The position numbers were made by a program, and so were the translations under genes. Of a DNA stretch of 64,000 nucleotides, positions 1-12,310 are shown piece by piece (positions within the stretch are counted from its first letter, which is position 1; the number at the start of each line of letters is the position of its first letter). This DNA comes from Octopus sinensis (Eukaryota), in contig NC_042999.1 of NCBI RefSeq assembly GCF_006345805.1, positions 100,998,001 through 101,062,000 of the forward strand, read 5' to 3'. The notes under the pieces are model-generated. The model was given only the letters and a program-made list of their open reading frames with translations. It ran no database searches and had not been told where the DNA came from.

Positions 1-393
1 GAAAAAATATCATTTGAATTTGTGCTGGCTTTGATTTTATGCTACATCACCACTACTGCTACTGCTATTCACAAAATGGGATTTAAAACTATTATTTTTC
101 AGCTCTAATAATATCATCATCTAAGTAATTGGTTTTCATTCAGAGAAAAACGTAAGTTCATGTCTTACCATTGACAGAGGTTATTCAACCTGTTTTACTT
201 ATATTCCTTACATATGTGTGTGTGTGTGTGTGTGTCTGAAAGTGTGTATAAAGATGAATATAAAGCGTGAATGTATGGTTGAAGATGTATGAAACTATAT
301 ATCCTTGTATGTGTATTATTGTCTATATATCCATGTATGTGTGTGTTTGAATACATATATCTTGTTGAACATGCATAAAAAGGCATTTATATG

Positions 394-432
<39 letters not shown>

Positions 433-818
433 TCAAAATGTGTACAACTGTCAACATATACTGATGAACAGGAACAATGTGTAACACACACTATTTTCAT
501 TGCTCTTCAGTGTTGGCAACTCAAATCCTATTATTGAAACATTATTCGTATTAGAAATCAATTATCATAAATCAACAGAAAAACTAGCAATCTGATAAAA
601 AGATCAGAAAGTAAAACCTTTCGCACAAGCCTACAAACATAGATATAAAAACAACATACACAAGTATGATATTTGTGTGTGAGTTTATATGGGCATGAGT
701 GTGTGGTGTTCAATATTTTTTCTGGATGTTTATTGTATCCATCTTAAGAGGAGGCTTACACTAAAGATTACATGCATACACACACATGTAGATGTGTAGA
801 TACATATGTGTGTATGTA

Positions 819-867
<49 letters not shown>

Positions 868-912
868 GTGAGTGTCTGTGTGTGTATGAATGTACATATA
901 TGTGTGTGTGTG

Positions 913-1237
913 TGCCAATGGCTCATAAAAAGCACCATTCGAGCGTGGTTGAAGCCAGTACCACCTGACTGGCTCCTGTGCTGGTGGCACGTAAAAAGCA
1001 CCATTTGATCATGGTCGATGCCAGTATTGCCTGACTGGCCTCTGAGTTGGTGGTATGTAAAAGCACCCACTATACTCTCGGAGTGGTTGGCATAAGGAAA
1101 GGCATCCAGATGTAGAAATCTTGCCAGATCAGATTGGAGCCTGGTGCAGCTTCCTGGCCTGCCAGTCCTCAGTCAAACAGTTCAACCCATGTCAGCATGG
1201 AAAGCAGATGTTAAACAATGATGATTGATGATGATAA
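913..1237 (+). mobile_element. RTE-type LINE 3' end with (GAT)n tail
   Basis: Has the repeated gtggcacgtaaaaagcacc modules and the ...ccatgtcagcatggaaagcagatgttaaa(gat)n terminus shared with about 10 other copies in the window. Confidence 0.75.
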
Positions 1238-1242
1238 TATGT

Positions 1243-1280
<38 letters not shown>

Positions 1281-1282
<2 letters not shown>

Positions 1283-1595
1283 CTTATAAAATAAGGGCAA
1301 AAGAAAAATTCTAATGCCAAATATGCCGAAAATATACAAAATTTTCAATAACCATTTATGCGTCTCAAAACAAGCCGAAAGAAATTTCTAAAAAATTCCG
1401 TTATTACCGTATTGGTCCCAATTTCAGAGTTAATTCATAAGAATTTCCCCCTCCTCAGTGATAAATACGTAAGACATAAATGAAATACTTACTCATACCC
1501 ATGGAAAAAGCAAGCACTAAGTCCTGAGCAGACCTAAGTACCCCAAATATATCCAAAATAGAAAATCTTCAGCACATCTTGAGACACGTGTGATT
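1281..1595 (-). mobile_element. Short probable Penelope pseudo-LTR remnant from a second family
   Basis: About 315-bp non-microsatellite island between two (TA)n tracts, carrying a hammerhead fold about 120 nt from its 3' end. It has no coding sequence, so the family assignment is inference. Confidence 0.5.
1402..1467 (-). ncRNA. Type I hammerhead ribozyme-like motif with intact core
   Basis: Minus strand reads UAUUUAUCA-CUGAGGA-GGGG(GA)AAUUC UUAU GAAUU(AA)CUCU-GAA-AUUGG GA CCAAU-A-CGGUAAUA. Canonical CUGANGA and GAAA, stem II, stem III and an AUA triplet are present. Stem I has an A.C mismatch at its first pair. Confidence 0.6.
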
Positions 1596-1725
1596 ATTAT
1601 ATATATATATATAAAATATTATATTGGTAAAACGGTAAGATAACAAAAGAAAGAAAGAGACCTCAATATTATGTAAATAGAGGAAATTTATCTATAAAAT
1701 AATATGTTACATTACTCGATAGTCA

Positions 1726-1788
1726 AGATAAAACTCTGAGTTTCAGATGCCGAAGTCGGAATCCACAACGCCATCTCTTTGGTTATCT
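1726..1788 (-). ncRNA. Hammerhead ribozyme relic with mutated core
   Basis: Minus strand reads AGAUAA-CCAAAGA-GAUG...CAUC-U-GAA-ACUC A GAGU-U-UUAUCU. Stem I is a perfect 6 bp and stems II and III are present, but the core differs from CUGAAGA at two positions. Confidence 0.55.
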
Positions 1789-2053
1789 GGCTATTTGAAA
1801 ATGCTATGAAAAAATACCGTTATACAAAGGGAAATTACTGTGTTATAACTCTGCTTGCCTGCGTACTTATACATCGCTATGTAACCGTACACATCTTCAC
1901 TCGCATTTTTCGCCATAAAAAATTATATAAAAATACATTAAAAATATATAAAAAATATATAAAAAATATACATGAAATATATATTAAAAATATATGATAG
2001 AAGGTATGATGAGGTAAAAAAACCTTCTTGGGACATAACATAGAAAGCATGTT

Positions 2054-2428
2054 CTATCTGTTTTCTTTAGAGGACCAAAAACGTAACAGAAATTTAGTCA
2101 CATATGGGCATGATCCGAAAAGTTCTGTCCTTGAGTTTAGACATGTAGTAGGGTCTAAGCTGCTTTTCCAGATAAGCCATCTCTCCATGTCGCATAGACC
2201 GCACCTTCTGCTGCCGTTGGTATAGGGCTTACATCTGGCCAAAATCTTCCAATGTATGTTATAATCGACACCTTTATCTCTTAAAGACCAAATATGATTA
2301 GATAATTGTGTCGCTTTTCTTTTGTTCCAGTGCCTAAAGCTCAAAGTGTGGTTATTGAACCTGGCCTTGAAATTACCCTCTGTAAGGCCCACGTATTTCT
2401 TCATCAAAACGGTGTCTTTAGTGGTCAT
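2054..2428 (-). pseudogene. GIY-YIG endonuclease fragment (Penelope-type), N-terminally truncated
   Basis: KKYVGLTEGNFKARFNNHTLSF...TQLSNHIWSL...WKIL...CGLCDMER...LNSRTELFGSC..VTKFLL carries the YIG half-motif, the catalytic Arg helix and the Cys/His pattern typical of Penelope endonucleases. The GIY half is missing. Confidence 0.85.
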
Positions 2429-2509
2429 AGAGTCAGAGTTTTATCTTGACTATCAAAGTAATGTAACATATTATTTTATAGATAAAATATTATATATATA
2501 TAATATATA

Positions 2510-2542
<33 letters not shown>

Positions 2543-2580
2543 TATATTATTTATTATAGTCAGTTGCTAGATTATTATTA

Positions 2581-2785
2581 AGGTAGTGAAGTGGCAGAAT
2601 CATTAGCATGCCAGATAGAATGCTTAGTGGCATTTTTTCTGTCTTTATTCAAATTCCACTGAAGCTGAATTTGCCTTTCCTCCTTCTGGAGTTGATAAAA
2701 TAAGTATCAGTTCATTAAGGGAGGGGATGTAATTGACTTATTCTCTGCCCTAAGTTTGCTGGACATGTGCCAAAATTTGAACTCA
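2581..2785 (+). mobile_element. tRNA-headed SINE, family C (degenerate)
   Basis: A-box-like gtggcagaatcattag, B-box-like ttcaaattcc and core gcctttcctccttctggagttgataaaataagtatcag, homologous to the 50701-50915 copy. Confidence 0.7.
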
Positions 2786-3215
2786 TCATCATCATCATTA
2801 TTATTATTACTATTATTATTTATATTGAGTAAGAGACGTGCATGCCATCAAAGTGATACTGGGATAAAATATACAAAGCCCAGTATACCCATCATGACTA
2901 TCTGTCTGATAAGGGTACACCAAGTACATGCATCACAACCATATGTGTGCAACATGGTGATCTCATATTGAGATAAACAGTGCATGAACATGCAGGTGAG
3001 GCCCAGTTAGAATTTTCAAGTTTCCAAAGGCAAATTATCCAAACCCCAAAGAATTCCTTTTAATACATGACTGTGATGTTCTCCCACTATTTCTGCTCGT
3101 GATGAGAGATGCACATATCATCAGCCACTAAGGGACATGCTCAACTGGTTAAGATCAAACAACAGACAAGCAAATCTTTGGTATTGAGCAGAATATTTGC
3201 TGTAACCCATCTTTT

Positions 3216-3247
<32 letters not shown>

Positions 3248-3479
3248 CACACACACACACATATATACTACATATATATATAAATATATACATACACACA
3301 TATGTGAGTGTGCATGTGTGAGTAACTTGTATGCTAAATATGTGACAAATTACAATATAAGATTGAGGCTTAGTAATTATAGCTATGCTAAACGCCTGCA
3401 GTGACATGATGCAGTCAATGGAGCATCAGTACAGGTTAGGGCTATTACATAAGAAGAATAATTATATATAGTTTAATAC

Positions 3480-3730
3480 AATAACCGAAAAGCAAATAGC
3501 TGGTATTTCAAATACTTCATTGCCTTTGTTTCAGTAGTCAATAATCAATAATTAGTACATCTCATATTCATTGTCAACCACATCACCAGCTGATATGTTG
3601 GTATGGGTATTTCAACATACCAGCTGATGATGTGGTTGGGTTGACAATCAATATATGTACTAATTATCGACTACTGAAACGATAGCAATAAAATAACTGA
3701 AATATGAATTATATTTGCTTTATGGTTATT
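3480..3730. mobile_element. Foldback/MITE-like palindromic element
   Basis: Imperfect arms of about 120 bp around a 12-nt loop at 3601-3612, e.g. gtttcagtagtc/gactactgaaac, taattagtaca/tgtactaatta and ataacc/ggttat ends. Confidence 0.7.
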
Positions 3731-3882
3731 CTTTTAAACTATATAATATATATACATAATATACATACATATGTATGTGTGTATGTATGTCCATGTGTAT
3801 GTATGTATATATGCATATGTGTGTGTATATTTTGTGTCTAGGGAGAGTCATTACAGCAGTACAAGTTACAAAAATGAAATAT

Positions 3883-3924
<42 letters not shown>

Positions 3925-6643
3925 TATATGCACATATGTGTGCATGTGTGTGTGTGTGTGCATATCTATATGTATGTTTGTTTTTGTTTGGTTTCCATGC
4001 CAAAAGAAATACTCAATACACATTGGTGTAGCTAGCCTTTTTGGCCAACAATAGCTACAAGTAGATTGAAAGAAATAACAGACAACTTCTGAATTTAAAT
4101 ACACACATAAACATTCAAATACTGCAATGCATATAGTATCAATAGCGCTCATTGACCCATGTTGGATAATCAAAGGTTTTCTGTCTGCTTGTGATTTTTT
4201 TTTTTACTGTGTGTGCTTTTGTGTTTTATTAAAAAATTTTTTATAGACAATGGTTTCAAAGCCATCACATACATTAACATTTTTCTTGAACAGAATAACT
4301 ATTGATAAATTATGAACATGAAATAATTTCACAGTATAATCTGGTTGATGTTGCAATTTATTTAGAATATTTTCAACTGCATATATAACACTATAGTTCC
4401 ACATCTAGAATTAGTGCAGCCTTCACAATCAAAGCCTTTCATTTGAATTATTTTAAGTTTAAGAAAAGGGATTAAGCATTTTCACTTGATACAATAACCT
4501 GCAATGCAACTACCCCAACTTCTCCTAGTTCAATACCCTCATCTCCTAGCATGAAGCTGACACCCCCCACCCACCAGTTCTTGAACTTCTGTGAGCTGCA
4601 CAGTGACATTAGTAATGCAGGTAGCATGTAAAAAAAGCAACTGGTCAATGCTGTAAAGTGGCTGGTATTAGAGAGGGCATCTAACCATAGAATCCATACC
4701 AAAACAGACCCTGGAGCATGATACAATCTTTGGACACATAGGATCCTTTCAAAATGTTCAACCTATGCCAGCATAAAAACTAAACCAAATCAGACTGGAA
4801 CCTGGTGCAGCTCTCCAGCTTTGGTCAAACCGTCCAATCCATGCCAGCATGGGGAATAGACGTTAAAGGATAATGATGATATATTTGACAAAAAAGTGCA
4901 ACGGTCATGGCTGGAGTGATTTTTCATCATAAGTCTGCTCAATCAGGACTGGCTAAGAAGTAGGTAATGATAACAACTTATAGAAAACCTGCCAGGAATG
5001 TAGTGATATTGTTTAGGAGGCCCATCTAGCATTTAGGTTTTAGGTATAAAGTTTCTGAGGAGAATGATATCCATTTAAGTTTTAGGTATAAAGTTTCTGA
5101 GGAGAATAAGAATGAGTAAGATATTTTGCTTTTTAGGAAACTGATTTGTTTTTAGAAACAGAAATCTAAAAAAAAAAATTTTAATTATAAAGTCATCTGA
5201 AAGCAAGTAATTTTAGCTATGTACAATTTATAGATTTAACTACAACAGCCTTGCCTGAATTCTATGTGTATATGTATCATGCACACGTGTGTAGATTCAC
5301 AGGTTTCTTATGTGTAAAATATATAAGATAGTTTATCAATTTTAGATTAAACCACCTCAAGCAACATTCCATTCATTCTCAGATACTTATTTTCATTTTT
5401 ATTTTCAACTGGAAATGCTTAATTTTCTCAATTTCATCTATTATTTATTAGTAATATTGATTTTGAATATTATTACTGTTGTTAAGTCTGTAGCTGAAAT
5501 TCATCAGGGGGCTGACTTTTTTCATACCATATCCAATGAATAAATTTAATACAGTTTTGGTAAATTCTTTTTTGTGTGTGTATGTGTATTATTCGTTGTT
5601 TTAGTTTTTTTGACATGTTTCAATGCTTGAGATTTTCTAATTATTTCTACTTACACCTCAGAATCATCTAGGATGTACAAGAAAAACTAATCTGCATGAA
5701 CAAAGGTGTGTGTGTGTGTGCACGTGCACACACATACATGCACATACACACATATACATACACAGAAATGTGAAATGCAAAAATTGTCTTTGGTATCAAA
5801 TCACCTCAGTATGCACCATTATCATATCATGAGGTAGATGCAGTATGGTCTGATAATCCAGTAAATTTGTATAAATTCAATCAATGAACCATTTTTGGCC
5901 CCTTTTCGCATTTTACTTTGTTTCAAAAAATAATCTTGTAAAACAAGGAAAATAATTTAAAAGTCTGTTAGAAATATTGGTTTTGTAAAAATTGATTTCT
6001 TATTATGAAAAAGATTTTTCTGTTGCTTTTGGTTGGATGAATTTGGGTATAATGTTTGAGTCTTTCAAATGGTTAAACTAACATTTAATAACTGGAGTAT
6101 TTTGATTTTTTTTTTTTTTTTGCTAATATTTAGTAAGTGAATAGTTTTGTGTATAAGGACATTTATTTTTGAAAACTCAAACCAGAAAATGGATTTAGAA
6201 AACAATAGATCAATTCTATGTCATTATTGGTTAGTAAAAATATACCAAACTAATGTAGTTGCTTGGTATTTAACTCATACATTATTCATTCTTGGATAAG
6301 GAAAAAACCCCTTAAATGATGGGTGAAATGTGAGTCTGTGATATTTGTACCTTTATGAATAACATTAATGATGCAATTGAAAACGTTGAAGACATGTTTC
6401 ATACAGATTTTTACCATTAAACTACAATCTCCTTACAGTCACTCATACATTTGAACAGATTTAAAATGATAAACAAATAGGCACAGGCCTAGCTATGTGA
6501 TTAAGAGGTTTGCCTTGCAACCAAGTGGTTTCAGGTTCAGTTTCACAGCACTGTATGTGACTGTAAAACAATGTCCCAGTAATATGTATCCATCTAATCC
6601 ATGTTAGCCTGGATAAAGAGATGTAAACTGAACAATCAAAATT

Positions 6644-7052
6644 CAGGAGTGGCTGTGTGGTAAGTAGCTTGCTTACCAACCACACTGTTCCAGGTTCAGT
6701 CCCACTGCCTGGCACTTCGGGCAAGTGTCTTCTACTATAACCTTGGGCCGACCAAAGCCTTGTGAGTGGATTTGGTAGATGGAAACTGAAAGACGCCCGT
6801 CGTATATATGTATATATATGTGTGTGTGTTTGTGTGTCTGTGTTTGTCCCCCCCCAACATCACTTGACAACTGATGCTGGTGTGTTTACGTCCCTGTAAC
6901 TTAGCAGTTTGGTAAAAGAGACCAATAGAATAAGTACTAGGCTTACAAAGAATAAGTCCTGGGGTCAATTTGCTCGACTATAGGCGGTGCCCCAGCATGG
7001 CCACAGTCAAATGACTGAAACAAGTATAAGAGTAGGAGTAAGAGTAAGAGAG
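6644..7052 (+). mobile_element. tRNA-headed SINE, family A, near full length
   Basis: Head caggagtggctgtgtggtaag...ggttcagtccc, internal (TA)/(TG) tract, and tail ggcggtgccccagcatggccacagtcaaatgactgaaacaag followed by (GAGTAA)-like repeats. Colinear with 59048-59500. Confidence 0.85.
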
Positions 7053-7494
7053 TTATAATTAACCTAATGAAGAGTAAAATATTATAGACTTATATCTCTA
7101 CCTAAAATGGGAAGTCTTAAAAGAAAAGACGTTTTAAGTTTATATATATTTAAATTACATCAGAAATGGCAGTTAATAATTATGAAATATTTACATATAT
7201 GCAGATTTAAAGATAATTATTTGATCCAAAGAAATCATGAAGGAGTTAATAGTAAGAACAAGTGTTTGTTGAGTCTACAGCATAGATTTAGGACTATCAT
7301 TTTAAAACTGAAAACAATGACAAAGAACTGATTTAAAATTGGTATTAGAGAAAGAAGAAAAAAAAATTAACATCTTAACAGTCATGCAATATACACAGTA
7401 AATGTAGGTAAAAAGATTTGTAACAAGTCAATAGGCTTACTAAACCAGAGTGTATCCTTTTTTATGGTATATATGTAACAAAGAGTACATTAAT

Positions 7495-7692
7495 CTCTTT
7501 GGGTTGGGATGCCAGTCTGCCACAGGGCTACATTTCCTGCCAACTATTGCTAGCATTCATATCAGTTGAGTAGACTGAGGCAAAATGAAATGAAATGTTT
7601 TGCTAAAGAACACAGTATACTGCTCAATCAAGAAATGAAACCCTGACCTTGTGATAATGAGTTCAACACCCAAACCACTAGGCAATGCACCT
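7495..7692 (-). mobile_element. tRNA-headed SINE of another family (degenerate)
   Basis: Minus strand reads aggtgcattgcctagtggtttggg...cagggtttcattt head, then gtgttctttagcaaaacatttcatt...cagactggcatccc body. Confidence 0.55.
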
Positions 7693-10600
7693 TTGCATTT
7701 AATATGATATTAAGAATTAAATTTCAGATCAACTATCCTCAAGTACATTTGTGAACACCTTTCTTCATCTTAAAAAGATTAAACCATGACTTAAGGAAAT
7801 GTCTAAATGCTATTAAGATTATAATTTTCCGGGTTATTAACTTTATCTTTAGATATGAAATATTTACACTACATTTCAACTAGTTTTATGCTTGATTGAT
7901 TCATACATATGCATCATTGGCCCAGTGGATACAAATGCTATTATACTTAGTTAAGAAATAAAGGATTCTGATTTGAATCCAGAGCAGTACTATGTACACA
8001 TCCATGAAGCAATAGTGGAAAAACTGAAAATTTGTTTTATGCATGCTATAGATTAATGACACCTGCCAATAATCAGAGATCAAAGCGATGGAAACATAGT
8101 GAGGTTGTAAATATTCTAAAATATGTTCATTTCTAAAGATGAGGTTAATAGTCTGAAAAATTGTAATCATATTGTTAAAGGAAAGATTAGTGTATTATTA
8201 TATGCTGAAAACACAAAGATTACATCAAACTATAGCATGCATAAAACAAATTTTCAGCTCTGAGTTTCCGTCATTGCTATTTAATGTTCTAACATGCAAA
8301 AACAGAAGACATCAACTTTTATATCTTTTATATACAATGGTGTCTACACATTTATGCTACTATAGAATATATTCTATGGCAAGAACATAACCAGAACATT
8401 TTAAATGTATCAAAATAAAACAGAAATTTAATCAAAAGAACAATACTTAAGAATCAAGTATTCAAGATGAATATTAAGATGCACGATTTAGATAATATAG
8501 AGGCAATATCAAGATTCATAAATAAAAGAAATGTAAAACTATCTGAAAGCTAGAGCTTATGAAGAAAAATACCAATAAGCAGCAAGCTATAAAAACAGTA
8601 TTCAGTGAAACAAGAAAACAAGTATTTAGGGGATGATGAAAAAACAAGAAATAGAAGACAAAAGGTAAAAACAGAATAATTTTATATACATACACACACA
8701 CACACACACACACACATATGATGTTGATGGAGCCGTCTTGATGTATGTATGTATGTATGTATGCATGCATGCATACAACAGGCTTCTTTCAATTTCCACC
8801 TACTAAATCCACTCACAAGGCTTTGATGCAAAGGCAGAAATATGATTATATTATGTCCAGCATTTTTAAAAAAGGGTATTGCCACATGAAAGTAAAGTTG
8901 CTACAACTGAGGATTGAGAAACAAATATTCAGAGGAGCATATGCATAGTCTTTAATGCTTACTCTTAGCTATTTTAATACCAGCCCACTTGAAACAACCA
9001 TTGGTCCTGTCTCTGTTAACAACTCTCATGGAAATACTCACATAAATTATTCATATTTACATTAAAAATCTAGATTGAAGTTTCATTATTACATAAATGG
9101 TAATGTGGTAGTTTTGGCAGTTATTGATCAAGAATGAATTATGGACCATAATGATGGTATCATAAATGATAATGTCAGAGTTATGGAATTGTGTCTTTAA
9201 CAGGACACAATACTTATACCAACTTTGAGGGTAAATGTGTAATGTTGTAGAGGTTTCATAAAACAATCTCTAATAGCAAAATTCATGCTTATTTTGAAAA
9301 TTTGCTGAAAAATACAAGCTGCCTATTTTTGTAAGAAATATGGGCTCAAAAGGCTTAATATCACCAAAAAATTATGTTGTTATTATTCATATTCAAACTG
9401 GTCCTAATCAAGCTCAGCTATTATCAAAGGTGTTCCAAACATGACCATCATTCCTTTTTATCACATACAATGTATAACTATATCTGACATGACTAACTTA
9501 AGCAATGTATCTATCCAATTTTCAAAGAAGTGGTGTGTGACATGAGGGAGATTTTGCAGTTTTTTCTAGTGAATAAGATAAAGGAACCTCCACATAGTCA
9601 AACAACCATGGGAAGGTTCCTTTATGAACTTGTAGCTAATAAAGAAGCCCCTACATGGTCAGTTGTTATTGTTTAGCCCAAAGTCTAACATGATTAAGTA
9701 AATCAGTGATCACAGTTGTTCCAGGACAGCTATCCTGTTGCTGTGTATATCAACAACTACATGGTCCACTGTATCATTTTCGTTAAGACAGTAGGGTGTA
9801 TTTGAGGAAATATGGCTATTTCTAGCAGACTGAGATAACACTTCAGCTTATACATTATTTTTCCTGGTATTATCAAAGTTACTTGTTTTTGTAATACTTC
9901 AGTCTCAATTGTATGTATCTCTTATTGATATGACTGCTTCCCCATTTTTCTTGTAAGTTAACATTGCAGTTGCAATAGACTATATTCATACCATTTCCAC
10001 CTATCTTACATAGATCTGTCACATTCAATGCAAATATTTCACTATCATGCAGCATTACACATGATTTCTATTGCTAGAGCTCAGGGCTCTGTTCTTTAAT
10101 GTATGAAGAATTATTCAAGCGAGATGATCCAAATAACATTACAAAGAGAATAAATTTTATGCAATGAGGCAAAAAAGAAGCCTAACAGTTAGGCAGAGCC
10201 CTTAATTACCACTCTTTGACAAGGAATTCTCCCTTGTAGTATAAAATTTATTCCACTATTTGAAGTCTTTTTATATTACTATTTGCCAATGCAGAACATT
10301 ACTAGTTTCTTTGAATCCTACTGTTTTGCCTAATAATATTACATTGGTATGTATTTTGTCAATTCCATACAGTAACAACAAGAAAAGTCACTTTCAGCTA
10401 GATAACAATGAAATACCAAACTCTGAATACCATAAAGCTTCCATTCTAGTAATCTACCAATTGTATTAACTCTTCACATTTGAGAGCCTATATATATATG
10501 TATATAAAATATTATATGCCTTTCCCATCACCAACCATTTTACAGAGTGTATAGAGTACCTGAAAATGCACCTAGTACACTCTGTAAAACTGTTGGTTTT

Positions 10601-12196
10601 GGTGATAGGAAGGGCATCCTGCTATAGAAATAAAACAAAACAACATATATGAACACCAGTCTGAGACCAGGAGCTCCCAATATGAAATAATCATGATGGC
10701 CATCTAACATATGCCAGCATGGAAAGTGGACATAAAATGAAGATGATGGTTTAATGTAATGCACAAGTCTTTCTATACCTCATATGAAGAAAAATAAAAT
10801 CCGGCTTCTTTCTATATTCTTGACCATATGAAAAAGCATTAGATACAGGTAATTTAACAATAACTCATCACCAAATAATAGACCAGAGAGCAAAGGAGAA
10901 ACAACTTTTAAACTGGGTTTAACTTTAATCTTTTTAATCTAAACTATAAAGTTTCTTCATATGATTTTTCTTGTTTTTTTTTTATGATGAAATTTTTGAA
11001 ATGTAATGTCAAAACCTGAGACCTAGGAGCATTTGAAGGTTAGCCATCAGCTCTAATTTCATGGTGTTAAGTAAATGAGGGATAACTTGCATCAAGATAC
11101 TATACTTGTCTGCTGCAAATAACATTCCAGATGAATTGGTATATACACCTGACACCTAGATGAATTAAGAAAACAAGGGGAAAAGTATTCTTGCCTGCAA
11201 TGAATTTGAAGTCACAGCTAAGGATACTATTACCATATGAGCCACATGAGATAATGTAATGTAAAATAAACAGTCTACTCTAGGGAACATAATGAAACAC
11301 CTGAAGCAGATTTAAGCTCATATCCTTTGAGTAGCTAATTCAATATGATGTCCACTCAGCCATTCTTAAATATTTTTTACTTCTTTTTTCTCATTAATGA
11401 ATAGCTGATAATTGAAAGGCCATTCAAGTGTTAGAAACATTTCCTTAAATTTCCCTGAATTTACAGGACATCCAAAAAGTCAATACAGAGAAAAAGTAAG
11501 TAAATCCAAAAGATGAAACCTGATGCATGTTGTTACTGCTTCAACCCAGATCAACCTTGAGTATTTAGATCTATGATCAAAGGCATTCCATCCATGTCAT
11601 TCTGTAACAAACAGTGGACTACATTATCCAATATGTTCTCCTTTTTATTTTTCAAGCTGGCATAGCATAGTTTGAGGGAGATTTGGTTCCTATTTCTAAC
11701 AGGTAGAACAATGAAAATAGAAGCTTCCTTATTGTCTTATCTTGAAAATGCTCTAAAAGAGGTTAGATTAGGAAGTGAAAATCTTAGTATCATCTTGCAA
11801 TAATCTTACTGCATGACAGCAGTATTTTGATAAGTATAGGCTGCAGTTAAATTTTAATTTCCTGCATTATTTACCATAAAGAAAGAGAAAATGGAAAAGA
11901 AAGTCTCCTGTCATATCTGAAATACAACCATATCTAATAAAGCCTGAATCTACATGCATGCTGTTATCTATATCATCTATGCATGTCTTCATTTTGAATG
12001 ATCATTCATATCATCTGACTGGAAATTAATTGGATAGTAAATGCATGAAATTTTTCATCTCAGAAGATTCTTCCAAGAATTATTTCACAAAGGATATTGA
12101 GAATATTTTCGATATTCATTTATTTATCAGCAGCAACAACAATAATTCATGAAACTTAAGCAAATATAAAAATAGATTTTTTTTATTTTTACTCAC

Positions 12197-12310
12197 CAGT
12201 AAGTTTTGTATGAATAATTCTTGGACATACATCATCGTAAGTTGACATCAGGTAAATAGTTCCAACTTTGAAGGACAGAGCTAATGTGTAGGATTTATTA
12301 ATATTGATAT
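12197..12310 (-). CDS. TULP4: Next coding exon of TULP4
   Basis: 114-nt exon with acceptor ...ttttaatttcag| and donor |gtgagt, phase 1 to phase 1, in frame with the 19.5-kb exon. Translates (N)ININKSYTLALSFKVGTIYLMSTYDDVCPRIIHTKLT, colinear with TULP4 KPLLTVSFTSGDISLMNNYDDLSPTVIRSGLK. Confidence 0.88.

Larger units (their letters stand above)
1613..2486 (-). mobile_element. 5'-truncated Penelope-like retroelement with 3' pseudo-LTR and inverted terminal copy, embedded in (TA)n
   Basis: Contains a GIY-YIG C-terminal ORF, a 3' region with a hammerhead fold, and an inverted copy at 2433-2486 of 1687-1739. (TA)n lies on both flanks. Confidence 0.85.

Noticed and set aside
486-515. Minus-strand CTGAAGA-GCAAT-GAAA about 65 nt from a (TA)n tract as a fifth hammerhead
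   Set aside because: Both core motifs are present but stem II is absent and stems I and III do not pair; too degenerate to support.
3622-3681. CTGATGA...GAAAC in the foldback arm, and similar pairs near 17765 and 3130 (minus), as hammerheads
   Set aside because: No credible stems I-III; the motifs are short enough to occur by chance.
5030-5106. 42-bp tandem duplication, and a 36-bp one near 61100-61170
   Set aside because: Ordinary local slippage duplications with no further structure.
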